From an uncultured Alphaproteobacteria bacterium (lineage in GTDB: Bacteria > Pseudomonadota > Alphaproteobacteria > Rs-D84): 64,000 nt of DNA. Within the stretch, counting starts at the first letter, position 1; every line of letters starts with the position of its first letter. Position numbers and translations under genes: made by a program. The stretch spans positions 85,196-149,195 of the forward strand of contig CALXPB010000001.1 in NCBI GenBank assembly GCA_944390225.1, written 5' to 3'. The notes under the pieces are model-generated. The model did no database searches. It was given only the letters and a program-made list of their open reading frames with translations, and was not told where the DNA came from. This document shows positions 29,357 through 37,966 of the stretch, in pieces.

Positions 29357-30469
29357 ATGAAAAAGTTTTTATTAACCGTAGTGTGTTTAATATGCTTTAT
29401 GCCGGCAATAGGCTTTGCCGCGTGTGAACCGGTTAATTGTAATACAAGTACGGGTAATGATAGATTGAATGCAGATACATTAGAAAATACCAGAGAAGCT
29501 AGAAGAACGGCAGCAAGTTGCTATATTTGTGAAGATAATTATTGTGAAGATGGTGATATAGTTTATATGGCAGATATGTCCAAATTTATGGTATGCCGAC
29601 AAAGCAGAGGTTGGCTTGGTGATGACAAATGGCAAAATTATACCCCTGAATATTGTAAAGACAGACCGGATTATAAAACCGCTTTTAACAAGGGAGATTC
29701 TGGTTTGACGAAATATTGGCTGATTGATGGGGTGTCTTATTCTGATACAACTGAAACAAAAAATGCGGCTACTGTAACAAAGGCAGGGCAGAACATATGT
29801 TTTTATTATGATTGTATGGAAGGATATTCTTTTAATGCTGCTGAAGAAAGATGTTTGCCAAATCAGTCAGAAAAAACTGATGAAAAAGAGGAAGAAAAAA
29901 CTGACATAAAGCTTTCTTGTGTACAACAAAGATGCAGTGGTTTGACTGGCAGTCAGAAATCTGAATGTGTGACTTGTTGTTATGTCCCAGCATCTCTTGC
30001 AAAGTGGGAAAATGGTGTATGTAAGTGTCAACAAAATCCTGATCAAAAGTTTAATCCTGCAACCTTAAAGTGTGAAGATGATGCAACTGTTGCATCGCAA
30101 CCTGTGGCGTCTCGGTATAATTGCGATGCAGAAAAAATTAAACAAGTTAAAGAATGGGAGACAGAGTACTCTTATAATAAAGAAATATCTGATTCTAAAT
30201 CTAAAATAAGTACTGCGGTTGAAAAATTAGATGAAATTTCGGAAAAATTTGAAGATTCTGTTTGGAAAACCGCGGAAGGTAAGTTTAATACATCGCGTTT
30301 AATCTCTGATTCTTTTGCAGGTGTCGTACTTGGTACCGCAGGGGGATTGATTACCAGTAAAGTCGTTAAAAAGAATCAGGTAGAAAACGGTTTTGAAGAT
30401 ATAGAATGCTCTATCGGTGGTCAAAAAGTTGCCGATTGGGGCGATCAATTCCGCGTCGGTATCCAATAA
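29357..30469 (+). CDS. Secreted cysteine-rich hypothetical protein (more than 25 Cys) with a C-terminal glycine-zipper segment
   Basis: Signal peptide 'MKKFLLTVVCLICFMPAIGFA'. It has many paired Cys (CxxC, CxC) and 'FAGVVLGTAGGLITSKVV' near the C-terminus. Confidence 0.4.
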   Translation: MKKFLLTVVCLICFMPAIGFAACEPVNCNTSTGNDRLNADTLENTREARRTAASCYICEDNYCEDGDIVYMADMSKFMVCRQSRGWLGDDKWQNYTPEYCKDRPDYKTAFNKGDSGLTKYWLIDGVSYSDTTETKNAATVTKAGQNICFYYDCMEGYSFNAAEERCLPNQSEKTDEKEEEKTDIKLSCVQQRCSGLTGSQKSECVTCCYVPASLAKWENGVCKCQQNPDQKFNPATLKCEDDATVASQPVASRYNCDAEKIKQVKEWETEYSYNKEISDSKSKISTAVEKLDEISEKFEDSVWKTAEGKFNTSRLISDSFAGVVLGTAGGLITSKVVKKNQVENGFEDIECSIGGQKVADWGDQFRVGIQ

Positions 30470-30488
30470 TCACAGATGGGGAAGACAA

Positions 30489-30518
30489 AAATACCGGACA
30501 TACAGTCCGGTATTTTTT
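30489..30518. terminator. Bidirectional terminator
   Basis: 'aaaataccggacatacagtccggtatttttt'. Confidence 0.65.
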
Positions 30519-30520
30519 AT

Positions 30521-30994
30521 TTATCTAGTTTTTTCTTCGTTTTTCATGCTTAACATATTTAAATATTTTTCACGTATATTTGCCTGTCTTTCAAGATCTT
30601 GACGTGTCGCATGATTTAATCGTTGTTTTAATTCTTCTAATGACTTGTAAGAGGTAGAGATTTCATTTGTTGGAAACAAGAAGGCTATTGGTTTTTTTGT
30701 TTCTTTGTCATGATATTCAATAATGGTTGAAGCCAATTTCTTACCCATAATTGGTTTAAGTTGTTTATACATGTTTACCATTGTTGTAGCAGGTGGATTA
30801 GGAAACAACATGCTTCCATTCCAATTTGTGTTTTCTTGAAGTTTTTCGCCGTTTAAAGTAACAACTGCCATCGGAGTGTTTTCACAAAGACAAAATAGTT
30901 CAAGCGGACACAATGTTGTGTCTAAATTTACTACATATGTGTTTTTCTTCTTTTTTGTAGATTTCATATTTTTATACCTCTTTGTTAATTTCAA
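30521..30994 (-). CDS. Hypothetical protein
   Basis: 157 aa ORF with good coding periodicity. No recognisable motif. Confidence 0.35.
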   Translation of the reverse strand: MKLTKRYKNMKSTKKKKNTYVVNLDTTLCPLELFCLCENTPMAVVTLNGEKLQENTNWNGSMLFPNPPATTMVNMYKQLKPIMGKKLASTIIEYHDKETKKPIAFLFPTNEISTSYKSLEELKQRLNHATRQDLERQANIREKYLNMLSMKNEEKTR

Positions 30995-31101
30995 TGTTTA
31001 TAATATACTAAAAATAACATTTGTCAATATTTTTTGTCGTTTAAAAATGGAACTTTTTGTGTCTTTGGGTATTGTTAAAAGTGCTTTTTTATCAAAAGTT
31101 T

Positions 31102-33081
31102 TTATACAAATAAATCTTTTACAAATTGTGCATGTTCCGTAATGAATTTAAACCGAAATTCTGGTTTTTTACCCATTAACTCGGATACAATCAGCCGAGT
31201 TTTTTCTGTATCTTCTGCGCCTTCGTCCGTTCTAGGAGGCAGGTCAACGCGTATCAAACGACGCGTTTTTGGCGACATAGTTGTTTCTTTTAACTGATTC
31301 GGCATCATTTCCCCCAGACCCTTAAATCTAGATATTTCTACTTTTTTATTTTTATACTTTCCATTTTTCAAATTTTCTAGTTCTTCGTCGGTATCAACAT
31401 ATATAGATTCTGTTCCACAAGTTAATTTATACAACGGAGGACATGATAAATATAAATGTCCACCATAAATTAGTTGTGGCATATGTTGATAGAAAAACGC
31501 CATTAGCAGTGAGGCGATATGACTACCATCAACGTCGGCATCGGTCATTACGATTATCTTTTCATATCTTAATTTGCTTTCGTCCCAGTCTTTTGCAGTA
31601 CCGGCACCGATTATATCAATCAGTTCATTTAATTCTTTGTTTGCCCCAAAGCGTTCATCAGAGTTTGATATTACGTTTAATACCTTTCCACGAAGTGGCA
31701 TAATTGCCTGCGTAGCGCGATCACGTGCCTGCTTTGCGGTACCACCAGCAGATTCGCCTTCTACAATAAATAACTCTGTCCCTTCAACGCCGTGCTTTGA
31801 ACAATCTGCCAACTTTGCAGGCATTCTTATGCGTTTTGTCGGAGTTTTTCTGGCAATGTCTTTTACTTGCTTGGTCTTTATTCTGGCGTTTGCAAGATTT
31901 ATGACAAATTCTAATAGTGAATTCGCCGTCTTCGGATCGGAGGCCAGAAATATATCCCATGGGTCACGCAACGCGTTTTCTGTATATCTTGCAATTTCTG
32001 GATTTGATAGTTTTTCTTTCGTCTGACCCAAAAATTGCGGTGTCTTATAAAATACAGATACTATCGCAGCAACTGAGTCAAATACATCTTCACCTATTAT
32101 AGATGCTGCTGATTTATTATTCGTTTTTTCTCCGTATGCCTTTATCCCCTTTGTTATGGCAGATTTAAAACCTGTTTCATGTGTTCCACCGTCTATTGTC
32201 GCTATCGTGTTGCAATACGATGAAAAAAATCCGTCGTCAGATGCGGCGCCATTCTCGTCGGTTAAAAAAGTCAATGCCCATTCAACGCGACCCATATCAT
32301 CTGGAAACTCTATACTGCCACTGAATATTTTCGGTAAAATTCGCGGTTTGTCTTTCGTTTTTTCTTCCAAGAAATCTGCAACGCCGTTCGGATAATAAAA
32401 AGTAGTATCCGCAGGGATGTTCATATCTTCTGTTAATAAGTTCGGATTACAATGCCATTCAATCTTTACCCCCTTGGACAGAAATGCTTTTGCCCGAGCC
32501 ATTCTATATATTTTTACGGGTTTGAACGATGCGCTGGAACCGAATATTTCATCATCTAATGAGAATCTTATCTTTGTACCATGGTTTTTAGTTGCTGCGC
32601 CTTGCGTCATCGGACTTGTAGGTTTCCCGCGTGAGAAAGTTTGACGCCATTCATATCCGTCGCGAGAAATGGTCACTATCATTTCGGATGTCAGTGCATT
32701 TACTACCGCACTGCCGACACCATGCAGCCCCCCGCTGGTTTTATATACATTATTATTAAACTTCCCACCAGAATGAAGCGTGGTTAAAATTACTTCCAGT
32801 GCCGATTTCCCAGGATATTTAGGGTGTTCGTCAACCGGTATCCCACGACCGTCATCTGTAATTTCTATGGTTTTTGCGTCGATTAAATTAACGATGATTT
32901 TCTTAGCAAAACCTGCAACTGCTTCGTCTATGGAGTTATCCATAATTTCAACAGGTAAATGATGCCAGGCCTTTTCATCTGTCCCACCAATATACATGCC
33001 AGGACGCAGACGAACGGGTTCCAAGCCTTCAAGTACTTGAATATCTGATGCGTCATAAGAATGTGTGTTTTGTTCTGTCAT
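31102..33081 (-). CDS. parE: DNA topoisomerase IV subunit B (ParE)
   Basis: GHKL ATPase, transducer and TOPRIM domains ('EGDSAGG', 'IMTDADVDGSHI'). At 659 aa it lacks the roughly 170-aa GyrB-specific insertion, so it is ParE rather than GyrB. Confidence 0.75.
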   Translation of the reverse strand: MTEQNTHSYDASDIQVLEGLEPVRLRPGMYIGGTDEKAWHHLPVEIMDNSIDEAVAGFAKKIIVNLIDAKTIEITDDGRGIPVDEHPKYPGKSALEVILTTLHSGGKFNNNVYKTSGGLHGVGSAVVNALTSEMIVTISRDGYEWRQTFSRGKPTSPMTQGAATKNHGTKIRFSLDDEIFGSSASFKPVKIYRMARAKAFLSKGVKIEWHCNPNLLTEDMNIPADTTFYYPNGVADFLEEKTKDKPRILPKIFSGSIEFPDDMGRVEWALTFLTDENGAASDDGFFSSYCNTIATIDGGTHETGFKSAITKGIKAYGEKTNNKSAASIIGEDVFDSVAAIVSVFYKTPQFLGQTKEKLSNPEIARYTENALRDPWDIFLASDPKTANSLLEFVINLANARIKTKQVKDIARKTPTKRIRMPAKLADCSKHGVEGTELFIVEGESAGGTAKQARDRATQAIMPLRGKVLNVISNSDERFGANKELNELIDIIGAGTAKDWDESKLRYEKIIVMTDADVDGSHIASLLMAFFYQHMPQLIYGGHLYLSCPPLYKLTCGTESIYVDTDEELENLKNGKYKNKKVEISRFKGLGEMMPNQLKETTMSPKTRRLIRVDLPPRTDEGAEDTEKTRLIVSELMGKKPEFRFKFITEHAQFVKDLFV

Positions 33082-33231
33082 AGCATATTATTATTAGAAC
33101 ATTATTCGTTTCCTTGCAAGCGAAAGAATTTTCTTCCTCTCATAATTTATCTTTAATAGACTTGATTTTTTCAAGAAATAACCTATATATTTTGAGAAAT
33201 AATTTATATAAGTATAAATGTAGGCATAAAA

Positions 33232-34362
33232 ATGAATAAAAATCCTTATGAAGTGCTGGGGGTATCTCGTGATGCTTCGGACGCAGATATAAAAAAGGCG
33301 TATCATAAATTAGTTTTAAAATATCACCCAGATAAAAATCCTGGGAATAAAGAAGCAGAAGAAAAATTTAAAGAAGTAAATAATGCGTTTGATATTTTAA
33401 AGGATCCTCAGAAACGGGCTGCGTATGACAGATTCGGAGATGCTGCTTTTGCGGGTGGAAACGCATCTGGGGCAAATCCTTTCGGGGCCGGCGGAAATCC
33501 TTTTGGTAACGGTGCTTTCCATTTTAATATGGGGGGCGGTGCCGGTATGGAGGATATTCTGCGTGAAGCCATGCGAGGATTCGGATTTGACGGTTTCGGG
33601 GGAACAGGTCGTAATGAAAGCCGTCGTAGCGGACGCGATTTATTAGATGAAGTAGTTATTGATTTAAAAGATGCTTTTTTTGGGAAAAAACACACCGTTA
33701 AATTTTCAAGCGATGTACAATGTGATAAATGTCACGGATTCGGTACTGCTGATGGGAAAGAGGCTCCTGTTTGTTCTACCTGCCATGGTTCTGGTTACGT
33801 TCGTGCAAATCGCGGTTTTTTCGCAATGGAAACTCCTTGTCCAGATTGCAACGGCTTGGGGCATAAGATAGATAAAAAGTGTTCTCAGTGTAATGGAGAC
33901 GGTACGGTTAGAAAAAGCCGAACGTTAGAAGTAGAAATTCCTGCTGGTGTAGAAGACGGTACTCGTCTTCGTTTGGCAGGACAGGGTGAAGCAGGGCAAA
34001 ATGGTGCACCTGCTGGGGATTTTTATTTGGATGTACATGTCAGACCTGATAAAAGGTTTGAACGTGACGGCGTTGATTTAATAACAAAAATTGATGTGCC
34101 TTTTACTACGCTTGCCCTAGGCGGTGAAATAGAGGTTGAAACAATTGATAATAAAAAATTGTCTGTGAAGGTACCAGCCGGTACCCAAGTCGGCGAAAAA
34201 CTGCGCGTTCGCGGACACGGTATGCCAGGGAGACGCGCAGGTAGTTTTGGGGACTTGTACATTTATATAACTATGACAGTTCCTACAAAGTTAACCGAAA
34301 AGCAAAAGAAACTGCTGAATGAGTTCGCTGGAACAAAATCAGAAAAAAAAGGTTGGTTTTAA
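33232..34362 (+). CDS. dnaJ: Molecular chaperone DnaJ
   Basis: J-domain with 'HPDKN', G/F-rich linker and four CxxCxGxG zinc-finger repeats. Confidence 0.9.
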   Translation: MNKNPYEVLGVSRDASDADIKKAYHKLVLKYHPDKNPGNKEAEEKFKEVNNAFDILKDPQKRAAYDRFGDAAFAGGNASGANPFGAGGNPFGNGAFHFNMGGGAGMEDILREAMRGFGFDGFGGTGRNESRRSGRDLLDEVVIDLKDAFFGKKHTVKFSSDVQCDKCHGFGTADGKEAPVCSTCHGSGYVRANRGFFAMETPCPDCNGLGHKIDKKCSQCNGDGTVRKSRTLEVEIPAGVEDGTRLRLAGQGEAGQNGAPAGDFYLDVHVRPDKRFERDGVDLITKIDVPFTTLALGGEIEVETIDNKKLSVKVPAGTQVGEKLRVRGHGMPGRRAGSFGDLYIYITMTVPTKLTEKQKKLLNEFAGTKSEKKGWF

Positions 34363-34392
34363 AAAAAAACCGGCGTTAAGCCGGTTTTTTAT
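34362..34392. terminator. Bidirectional terminator between dnaJ and pgsA
   Basis: 'aaaaaaaaccggcgttaagccggtttttt'. Confidence 0.7.
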
Positions 34393-34991
34393 TTCTTTAT
34401 TTGTTTAAGTTTTTTTGTAAAAGTAAAAGTATATTGAGTTGCAGACCATAAAGATGCAACTAATGATAACCACATACCCCAAATGCCTATCTGAGGTAAA
34501 ACATAAATTGCTAATGTCAAGGTTCTACTTGTTATATCTGGTGTAATTAAAGTTCCTATTGCAAACAAAAGTAAGAAAGCACAAATTGTTATCATTTGCA
34601 GAGTCGTTTTAATTTTCCCCATTGAAAAACGTGCTTTTGGTACGGGCATTTCTATTTTTTGTGTTCCCAGAAATTCCCGCAAACCACTTACATAAAGTTC
34701 GCGTGCAGTCATTATTATTACTGGTACAACAACAAACCAAACAGGCATCATAATAGCCAACATAATAAATGTGTTTACAACCAATAGTTTATCGCCTATG
34801 TGATCCATTACACCGCCGATTTTTGAGCAAACATTGAATTTTTTTGCCAAAAAACCGTCAAACCAGTCGGATATTGCAGCCAGTAGAAATAATATAAAAC
34901 TTGTCCAATATAAACCGAACATCAGTGTCGGTATTATTGCAAACGCCGCTGCAATACGAAAAGCAGTTAAAAAATTAACAAAAAATTTCAT
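34389..34991 (-). CDS. pgsA: CDP-diacylglycerol--glycerol-3-phosphate 3-phosphatidyltransferase
   Basis: CDP-alcohol phosphatidyltransferase motif 'DWFDGFLAKKF...GGVMDHIGDKLL'. 200 aa membrane protein. Confidence 0.75.
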   Translation of the reverse strand: MKFFVNFLTAFRIAAAFAIIPTLMFGLYWTSFILFLLAAISDWFDGFLAKKFNVCSKIGGVMDHIGDKLLVVNTFIMLAIMMPVWFVVVPVIIMTARELYVSGLREFLGTQKIEMPVPKARFSMGKIKTTLQMITICAFLLLFAIGTLITPDITSRTLTLAIYVLPQIGIWGMWLSLVASLWSATQYTFTFTKKLKQIKK

Positions 34992-35022
34992 GGGATTCTC
35001 CTTTTTTAATCATCAATTTAAA

Positions 35023-36447
35023 TTATATCACTTCTGAATGGAAATATGCATAGATTTTTTTTGCCGCTGATTTACCAAGCCCAGGTACCCGTAATAAAGC
35101 TTTCATGTCTGCTTCGGATACAGCGCGTGCAGAACCAAAGTGCGTTAAAAGAGCCTTCTTCCTTGACGGACCGATGCCTTCTATGTCGTCAAGAACAGAA
35201 GAGGTCATGGTTTTTGAACGTGTCGTTCTGTGAAAAGTTATTACAAAACGGTGCGCTTCATCACGAACGGTTCTTAACAGCAAGAATAAATTTGAATCTT
35301 TCGGTATGTTGTTACAGATTGTCCCATCGGGAAGTACAAAATGTTCATCGCCATTGCGAACTTCCCCTTTTGTTACGCCAAGAATGGGAATATTTGGTGC
35401 GGTTCTATGTGCAATGTTCCATTGCGCTATTCCACCGTCAACAATTATTAAATCTAATTTTGGTCCGTGTTCTACTGCACGTGATATAAATTCTTCCATC
35501 ATAGCGATATCGTTTCCTGCACGTGCAGAGTCGTGTAGTTTAAAATGTCTATAACCAGATTTTATAAAACCTTCATGACCGAATGTTATCATTGCACCAA
35601 CAGGGCTCTTCCCGAATAAGTGAGAATTATCAAAAACACCAGCACAGTTAATTTTTATTTTTAAAAAATCTTCTAATAAATTAACTTTTTCATTCCAATT
35701 AAAATCTGTGCTATGTACACGATTCTGCTGTATACCGCGATTTGATGTGTGAGTCAGTTCGGCTATTTTATCCCGACATCTTGCCGCAGATTCAAAGTCC
35801 ATATTCATAGAATGCTTTTTCATTTCTGCGGTTAAATCTGCTATTATCGGTTCGCTGTCCCCAGTTAAAATTCTTCGTGCCATATGTACGTTTTCTGCGT
35901 AATCTTTTTGCAGAATTGTACATGGAGCACTGCATCTTCCTATCTGATATAGCAAACAAGGACGAGTCCTGTTGCGCATAAATGTATCAGTACAAGTTCT
36001 TATTTTGCAAACTTTTTGAATCGTTTTTATGGTTTCATTCAATGCGGATACAGAAGGATAAGGACCGTAGACATCACGTCGCTGAGATATCTTTCCACGG
36101 AATTTTAACAGTCGCGGATATTTGTGATTCGTTAAGGCTATCATCGGGTACATTTTACCGTCTGTCAGCATAATATTATATTTAGGTTTTTCTGTTTTTA
36201 TTAATTTCTGTTCTAGTAATAATGCATCCGATTCTGTCGCAGTTGTTTCCCATTCTACGCGAGTAACCAAAGAGCGCATAACTTGCTTATGTGGTTCTAA
36301 TTTTGATATGTCCATGTACTGACGTAAGCGCTTTGATAGATTTTTCGCTTTACCTACATATAGTAATACACCGTCGGCGTCATACATTTTATATATGCCG
36401 GGTGCACTAGGACTGTTCTCAATCAAATCATAAAATTGAATTTTCAT
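35023..36447 (-). CDS. uvrC: Excinuclease ABC subunit C-like protein (short form, 474 aa)
   Basis: N-terminal GIY-YIG ('GIYKMYDADGVLLYVGKAKNLSKRLRQY') and C-terminal HhH ('LLRVPGLGKSAAKKIYAYF'). It is shorter than the canonical UvrC of about 600 aa. Confidence 0.7.
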   Translation of the reverse strand: MKIQFYDLIENSPSAPGIYKMYDADGVLLYVGKAKNLSKRLRQYMDISKLEPHKQVMRSLVTRVEWETTATESDALLLEQKLIKTEKPKYNIMLTDGKMYPMIALTNHKYPRLLKFRGKISQRRDVYGPYPSVSALNETIKTIQKVCKIRTCTDTFMRNRTRPCLLYQIGRCSAPCTILQKDYAENVHMARRILTGDSEPIIADLTAEMKKHSMNMDFESAARCRDKIAELTHTSNRGIQQNRVHSTDFNWNEKVNLLEDFLKIKINCAGVFDNSHLFGKSPVGAMITFGHEGFIKSGYRHFKLHDSARAGNDIAMMEEFISRAVEHGPKLDLIIVDGGIAQWNIAHRTAPNIPILGVTKGEVRNGDEHFVLPDGTICNNIPKDSNLFLLLRTVRDEAHRFVITFHRTTRSKTMTSSVLDDIEGIGPSRKKALLTHFGSARAVSEADMKALLRVPGLGKSAAKKIYAYFHSEVI

Positions 36448-36496
36448 ACCATTTATGATAGAATATTATAGATTAAATAGCAAATAGGGGTTTAGC

Positions 36497-36961
36497 ATGA
36501 AACAAGAATACGGTCGTTCAATGATAGAAATGATGGGGGTCTTGGCAATTATGGGGGTTATAACCGTAGGTGCCATAGCCGCAATTTCTAGCGCGATGAG
36601 TTTACAAAAGAGAAATACTGTAAACGACGAGGTCTTGCAAATGGTTACGCAGGTTCGTCAGTTGTTTAGCGAATATGACGATTATTCAAACATAAATAAT
36701 TCAACAATTTTTGGCGCCATTGGTATGTCTAACAAGAACCCTTATGGCGGGACGTATGAAATATCTGTAAATCCTTCAAATTCGCGACAGTTTGTTATTT
36801 CTGTAAACGGGTTATCTCAATCCGATTGTGAATATTTCGTAACAAAGGGTTGGGACGGTTCGGTCGGTTACGAAATGTCAGGGCGTACTGCCAGTGGCGC
36901 GTCTGGTAATTGCAATAATCAGAACGGTCAGAACGTTATTCAAATAACTTATGGCGAATAA
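36497..36961 (+). CDS. Type IV prepilin-like protein
   Basis: Short leader 'MKQEYG', then 'RSMIEMMGVLAIMGVITVGAIAAI', which carries the G(-1)/E(+5) prepilin peptidase motif and a hydrophobic alpha1 helix. Two C-terminal Cys ('SDCEYF...GNCNN') could form a D-region disulfide. Confidence 0.55.
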   Translation: MKQEYGRSMIEMMGVLAIMGVITVGAIAAISSAMSLQKRNTVNDEVLQMVTQVRQLFSEYDDYSNINNSTIFGAIGMSNKNPYGGTYEISVNPSNSRQFVISVNGLSQSDCEYFVTKGWDGSVGYEMSGRTASGASGNCNNQNGQNVIQITYGE

Positions 36962-36981
36962 GTCATTCATCGGGTTGCTAT

Positions 36982-37953
36982 ATGGCTGAACTGATAAAAG
37001 TTTCCATGATAGAAGAGGGAACGCGCTTATTGCGGTGGTTCTTGCGGCGCTATCCGTCAATGCCTCAGCGTGAGTTTTATAAGTTATGTCGCGGTGGTCA
37101 AATAAGAGTGAATTCTTCCAGAGCGCACGGACAAGAAATTTTAAGAGAGGGCGATATCATCAGGGTTCCTCCTACAATAGAAAGTTATGCAAAGACAAAA
37201 ATAAAAAAAACAGAATCAGGAGAAGCCTTTTTTTTAACGGATCTTGAAAAACTTCGACAATGTATAATTCATAATGATGAGGATATTGTCGTTTTTAATA
37301 AACCGGCAGGACTGGCGGTTCAAGGTGGAACCGGTATCAGAAAATCCGTTGATAAAATGGCCGCCGCTTTGTTCCCGTATGATAAAATTTCTTTGGTTCA
37401 TCGTCTGGATAAAGAAACTAGCGGTATTTTAGTAGTTGCAAAAAATCATAAAGCCGCTCAATTTCTTGCGGACGCATTTCAGTCTAAATCTGCACATAAA
37501 GAATATCTGGCGTTGTTAAATGGGAACGTAAAACCTAAACGGGGGATAATAGATAATTATATTGTAAAAGGGCAAGTGTCAGATACTGCAAGGCGAATTA
37601 ACGACGGAACAGGACAGAAACCGCAAAGAGCAATTACAGAATATCAGGTTTTAACGCAAGCAGGAGAACATCTGTCTTGGGTTTTGTTTTCTCCTCTTAC
37701 TGGTCGTACCCACCAGTTACGTATACATAGTGCTTTGTCTTTGCGGGCACCAATAGTCGGTGATACTCTGTATGGAACAGAAAAAAAACTGGATGATACA
37801 TTAAGGTCTTTATTATCAACAAATAACTTGTTTTTATTAGCGTATAAGATAACCTTTCAACATCCAACTACGGGGAAAATTATAACTCTGAAAGCCGATG
37901 TGCCAGATTTTATGAAACCTGTAATATCGTTTTTAGAACTTAAATTACCATGA
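36982..37953 (+). CDS. RluA-family 23S rRNA pseudouridine synthase (RluC/RluD-like) with an N-terminal S4 domain
   Basis: S4-like domain 'LCRGGQIRVNSSRA'. Catalytic motif 'HRLDKETSGILVVAKN'. Confidence 0.8.
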   Translation: MAELIKVSMIEEGTRLLRWFLRRYPSMPQREFYKLCRGGQIRVNSSRAHGQEILREGDIIRVPPTIESYAKTKIKKTESGEAFFLTDLEKLRQCIIHNDEDIVVFNKPAGLAVQGGTGIRKSVDKMAAALFPYDKISLVHRLDKETSGILVVAKNHKAAQFLADAFQSKSAHKEYLALLNGNVKPKRGIIDNYIVKGQVSDTARRINDGTGQKPQRAITEYQVLTQAGEHLSWVLFSPLTGRTHQLRIHSALSLRAPIVGDTLYGTEKKLDDTLRSLLSTNNLFLLAYKITFQHPTTGKIITLKADVPDFMKPVISFLELKLP

Positions 37954-37966
37954 AAGATGTAATAAA

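Noticed and set aside
31443-32962. Several 60-150-aa plus-strand ORFs
   Set aside because: All are antisense to parE. They are shadow ORFs.
31102-33081. Calling this gene gyrB
   Set aside because: The length (659 aa) and absence of the roughly 170-aa insertion typical of proteobacterial GyrB favour ParE. gyrA and gyrB are not nearby.
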